Positions 30,625-34,081 of a DNA stretch of 34,081 bases are shown one piece after another. The translations under genes were made by a program, and so were the position numbers. The notes under the pieces are model-generated. The model was given only the letters and a program-made list of their open reading frames with translations, was not told where the DNA came from and did not search any database. This DNA comes from an uncultured Chlamydiae bacterium (GTDB taxonomy: Bacteria > Chlamydiota > Chlamydiia > Chlamydiales > Parachlamydiaceae), in the NCBI GenBank assembly GCA_963830365.1, contig CAWHMU010000008.1, forward strand, positions 1-34,081, in the 5' to 3' direction. Position 1 is the first letter of the stretch, and every line of letters begins with the position of its first letter.

Positions 30625-31473
30625 GGCTCATCACACAAATGAGTGGTTGAAAAGTGGTTCATCATTTTTTGCAGGTTAATGATGTGAAGCAAGGCATGGA
30701 CAAACCCATCTCTTTGTAGCGGTGCTCAGCTTGATATTCATTAGCTGCAAGGCTTTTTCCATATGCAGAAGTGCATATTGCTTCGTTTTGATGACATTCA
30801 TGCGCTGTCTTACATACGCCCGCAATTTTAAACGATCGCGTGGCGGGCGATAAGCAGCTCTTAATAGACCACAAGAATATAATGTTTGGATCCATTGAGC
30901 ATCCACCACATCAGTTTTTCTCCCTGGTGGATTTTTTACATTTTTAGCATCCACTAAGACAGGCATCAAGCCTGATTCTTCCATAATTTCATATAGGGGA
31001 ATCCAATAAACACCCGTAGCTTCCATAACACCAATTTCTACTTTAGCCTCTTTAAGAACTTTGACTATTTCACGGAGTTGAGGTGTCGTTGTACCAAATT
31101 CCCTCACGTAAGAACCACCTTTACCATCAGGAATAGCTACATGGATTAGCTTATCTCCTATATCGATGCCAGCAATAGTAGGATCGATATATCCAAGCCT
31201 GTTTTTATGTTGTTGTTTTTTGAAATGATTGGAATTGCTATTATTAGACATGAACGATCTCCTTTTAGCTTTTTACTGTGAGAAAAAGAAAGCTATTATA
31301 AGAGATCGTTCTTTTTTTTCGAATTATGACAACCGTTACTTTCCAGATATCAGCGTTAAACCGCTTGGGCGCTACAAAGAGATGGACTTCGCCTAGTAAC
31401 ATCTCTATACTCTACTTCACGTCTTTGGCCCCAAAACTGGATGAATGTCAACCACTCATTTGTGTGATGAACC
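30625..31473. mobile_element. IS110 remnant enclosed by ~100-bp imperfect inverted arms ending in the MITE terminal motif
   Basis: Arms 30625-30721 and 31370-31473; outer 26 bp match with 1 mismatch, inner 16 bp match perfectly. Confidence 0.8.
30722..31251 (-). pseudogene. Truncated IS110-family recombinase (DEDD RuvC-like N-terminal domain only)
   Basis: AGIDIG, VMEATGVYWIPLY, RKTDVVDAQWI; recognisable sequence ends near MNIKLS where the inverted arm begins; C-terminal catalytic-Ser domain absent. Confidence 0.88.
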
Positions 31474-31533
31474 AGTAATGATCTATTTGTAATGTTCTCT
31501 TTGAAACAAATCGGCATTCTAGCACAGAAGGTC

Positions 31534-31570
31534 TATACCACACGCGGTTAGGTTTGGCATTTTTCGGCTG
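31534..31570. repeat. 37-bp repeat, inverted partner at 33194-33230; partial third copy at 27022-27041
   Basis: tataccacacgcggttaggtttggcatttttcggctg; 4 mismatches to the partner. Confidence 0.85.
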
Positions 31571-31806
31571 CGCCAAAGCCATGGCTTTTTGATAAGTCAT
31601 ATAGATGCTAGCTAGCCGGTAGCCGGCCGAAATTTGCTTGCAATTATTGCTTTCAGCAATGATGATTCTTTAGCGCATCAATCAAAACTTAAGGCTTTTG
31701 GTATCGCGCAAATATGGCATAATTGTCTAAACTGCTGCAAAGTCGCACGCGCTAGTTATCAGCCGTCCATACCACTAATAATGTAACACACAAAAGAACG
31801 AACGTC

Positions 31807-33099
31807 ATGGTCAAGAAAAAACCAAAATCGCCCTGGAAGGTCTTATTAGCCATTGTGCTTGGCATCATTTGCGGGTCATTTACCGGAACTACCGCCGGCA
31901 TATTCGACCTCACTTTTTATTCCATCTATGACCTGATCGGCAAGCTGTTCATCAATGCTTTAATGTTGATTGTGGTGCCGCTGGTATCTTCCTCCATCAT
32001 CACGGGCATTGCCCGCCTGGGCAGCGAGGGCAGTTTTGGCAGGATCGGTCTTAAAATCTTCAGTTTTTATATCGGCACGAGTCTGTTGGCAATTCTGATA
32101 GGGCTTTTCTTTGTCAACCTGCTCAGTCCGGGGGATTCCTACACCATGGCCGGGGCCGGCAGCACCCTCATTTCGCATGAGGCAGCGGCAGAGATGCAAG
32201 CCAATATCACCACGCAAAAGCATTTGAGCGTCTTTAGTGTCATCCTGCAAGTCATTCCCGGCAATATCGTCGATGCCTTTCATGGTCAGATGCTAGGGGC
32301 CATTTTCTTTAGCCTTTTGTTCGGCTATGCCGTCTCCAAGATCGAACCACAGCCCTTATCGATAATGGTGGGTTTTTGGCAGGGTGTTTTCCAGACGATG
32401 CTGGTGATGACAGACATCATCATGCATTTTCTGCCTTTAGGCGTCTTTTGCCTGGTCGCCAAATCATTTGCCACTTCGGGTCTTGAGTCGCTGCATTCCT
32501 TGGCCCTGTTCTTCTTCACCGTCATTCTCGGCCTGGCAACCTTTACCTTTATCGCCCTGCCGCTGATGCTTAAAGTCATGGCGCGTGTCAGCCCGTTGAC
32601 ACATTTCAGGGCCATGGCTCCGGCACTGTTGACGGCATTTTCGACAAGCTCTTCCTCTGCAACCTTGCCTGTGACCATCGAATGTGTGGAAAAGCGCGCC
32701 GGCGTGTCCAACCGCATCTGCAGTCTGGTGGTGCCGCTTGGCACATCCATTAATATGTCCGGTTCTGCCCTCTATGAATGTGTGGCAGCGATGTTTATTG
32801 CCCAAGTCTATGGTATTGAGCTTTCCTTCACGATGCAGTTCAGCGTCGTGCTGCTGGCCCTTGTCACCTCCATCGGCATTGCAGGGATCCCTTCAGCAAG
32901 CATTGTAGCGATCCTTGTCATTTTGAAGGCCATTGGCCTGCCGGCTGAAGGCATCGGTTTGCTCTTTGCTGTCGACCGGATCTTGGACATGTGCCGTACG
33001 ACGGTGAATGTTTTCAGCGATAGCTGCTGCGCTGTGTTGGTGGCGCGTTCAGAAGGGGAGAAGGATGTACTCACCCGCACCGACCTTGAGCTGGCTTAA
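31807..33099 (+). CDS. Dicarboxylate/amino acid:cation symporter (DAACS/SDF family, GltP/GltT-like)
   Basis: AFSTSSSSATLP, PLGTSINMSGSALYE, AVDRILDMCRTTVNV motifs; multiple TM helices. Confidence 0.92.
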   Translation: MVKKKPKSPWKVLLAIVLGIICGSFTGTTAGIFDLTFYSIYDLIGKLFINALMLIVVPLVSSSIITGIARLGSEGSFGRIGLKIFSFYIGTSLLAILIGLFFVNLLSPGDSYTMAGAGSTLISHEAAAEMQANITTQKHLSVFSVILQVIPGNIVDAFHGQMLGAIFFSLLFGYAVSKIEPQPLSIMVGFWQGVFQTMLVMTDIIMHFLPLGVFCLVAKSFATSGLESLHSLALFFFTVILGLATFTFIALPLMLKVMARVSPLTHFRAMAPALLTAFSTSSSSATLPVTIECVEKRAGVSNRICSLVVPLGTSINMSGSALYECVAAMFIAQVYGIELSFTMQFSVVLLALVTSIGIAGIPSASIVAILVILKAIGLPAEGIGLLFAVDRILDMCRTTVNVFSDSCCAVLVARSEGEKDVLTRTDLELA

Positions 33100-33193
33100 G
33101 TCGCTGATGATATAGCGTAGACTTCAGTCTTCAGTCTGCGCTTGTTTTCCTAGGTGTTATAACCTGGGCCCGTTTTTGCGGGTTTTAAGCTGC

Positions 33194-33230
33194 CAGCCGA
33201 AATATGCACAACCTAACCGCGCGTGGTATA
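33194..33230. repeat. Inverted partner of 31534-31570
   Basis: cagccgaaatatgcacaacctaaccgcgcgtggtata. Confidence 0.85.
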
Positions 33231-33334
33231 TATGCGCCTGCCTGACCTGGCAGGTTAAAACCTGCGCAGGTCAGGTTCATCCGGTATCACAGGACTCAAA
33301 CGCTTGACCGTTCCTAGATCATGGTATAGATGGC

Positions 33335-33429
33335 GTATTCATGCTGATCCCACATTCCGGCGCAGGCAGTGCCTTGCACATGGGGCAGAAAGCTGTTGAA
33401 CGCCGCCGCAGTATAACAAGCAGCCAGTC
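33335..33429. repeat. ~95-bp dispersed repeat, copy 2
   Basis: Matches 19194-19288. Confidence 0.8.
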
Positions 33430-33473
33430 TCCCCCCTTTCTTTTATAGCTATCGGTGTCGACAAAGTTATGAG

Positions 33474-33498
33474 GGTTCATCACACAAATGAGTGGTTG
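33474..33498. repeat. Copy of the MITE/IS110-arm terminal motif
   Basis: ggttcatcacacaaatgagtggttg. Confidence 0.85.
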
Positions 33499-33676
33499 GC
33501 AGAGATAACTTCTCAAAAACTCATACCGTAACAGGGCTTTGAGGATTGGGGTCAGGCTTGTGATTTGTGATTTGAAAGTCCTAAATGCATTAGAGCCTCA
33601 TTTCCCGTAAGAATTATAACTAGGTACAATACAAGTCATTAAACAATAATGCTTTGACACTTAACTTTAAAACTTC

Positions 33677-33720
33677 TTTCCTTTTTTCATGGTTATAATT
33701 ATAACCATGAAAAAAGGAAA
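33677..33720. repeat. Perfect 44-bp palindrome directly upstream of the transposase start
   Basis: tttccttttttcatggttataa|ttataaccatgaaaaaaggaaa. Confidence 0.95.
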
Positions 33721-33724
33721 TCAT

Positions 33725-34081
33725 ATGACCTATCGAGTACATCAGATAAACAAGAAAACTGGCATTACATATGTTTATGAGGCTGTTTCATGCTGGGATA
33801 AGAAAAAAAAACAAGCGCGCAATAAACAGGTGTGCATTGGCAAACTTGATCCTGCCAACGGAGAATTCGTTCCGGCTAGGCGTCTTGCGCCTGAACAAGC
33901 TGCTGTTAGAGATCCGATTGTCACAGCATCTGTCGAGATGGTCGGGATCTTCGATTATTCTCGACACCATCACCGACCAGTTAGGTCTGGAAGGGCTGCT
34001 AAAATCCAGCTTTCCTAAGGAATTTCAGCAGATTCTAACAATGGCTTACTATCTCGTTTCCCAAGGTGGTCCTTTGAGCCA
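33725..34081 (+). pseudogene. IS1634-like transposase, 5' part, frameshifted near 33945, runs off the window
   Basis: KTGITYVYE...WDKKKKQAR...IGKLD N-terminus; the +1 frame continues GSSIILDTITDQLGLEGLLKSSFPKEFQQILTMAYYLV open to the edge. Confidence 0.7.

Noticed and set aside
33654..33699. TTGACA plus TATAAT as a transposase promoter
   Set aside because: The spacing is 34 bp, far from 16-18.

Overview
This looks like chromosomal DNA from an environmental chlamydia (Chlamydiota). That is inferred from the kdsB-pyrG-ruvX(yqgF)-zwf-opcA-pgl gene order and the many effector-like ORFs. The housekeeping core is sthA, a GT-C glycosyltransferase, tsaD, pgl, opcA, zwf, ruvX, pyrG, kdsB and a DAACS transporter. 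The most striking feature is a family of three long paralogues (1239-3965, 17022-19016, 21568-26790). They share a ~120-aa N-terminal domain, then two widely spaced hydrophobic helices enclosing an acidic loop rich in eukaryotic N-glycosylation sequons, then unrelated tails. The largest tail ends in an atypical, WNK-like Ser/Thr kinase. Intergenic regions are crowded with palindromic elements: a ~209-bp MITE with an 8-bp target duplication, a 117-bp-arm foldback and REPIN-like elements. An IS110 recombinase fragment is enclosed by ~100-bp inverted arms ending in the MITE terminal motif, and a frameshifted IS1634-like transposase sits behind a perfect 44-bp palindrome. One ORF is broken by an exact 28-bp tandem duplication. 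No rRNA, tRNA or CRISPR array was recognised. All family assignments are from motif recognition by eye; no database search was run.
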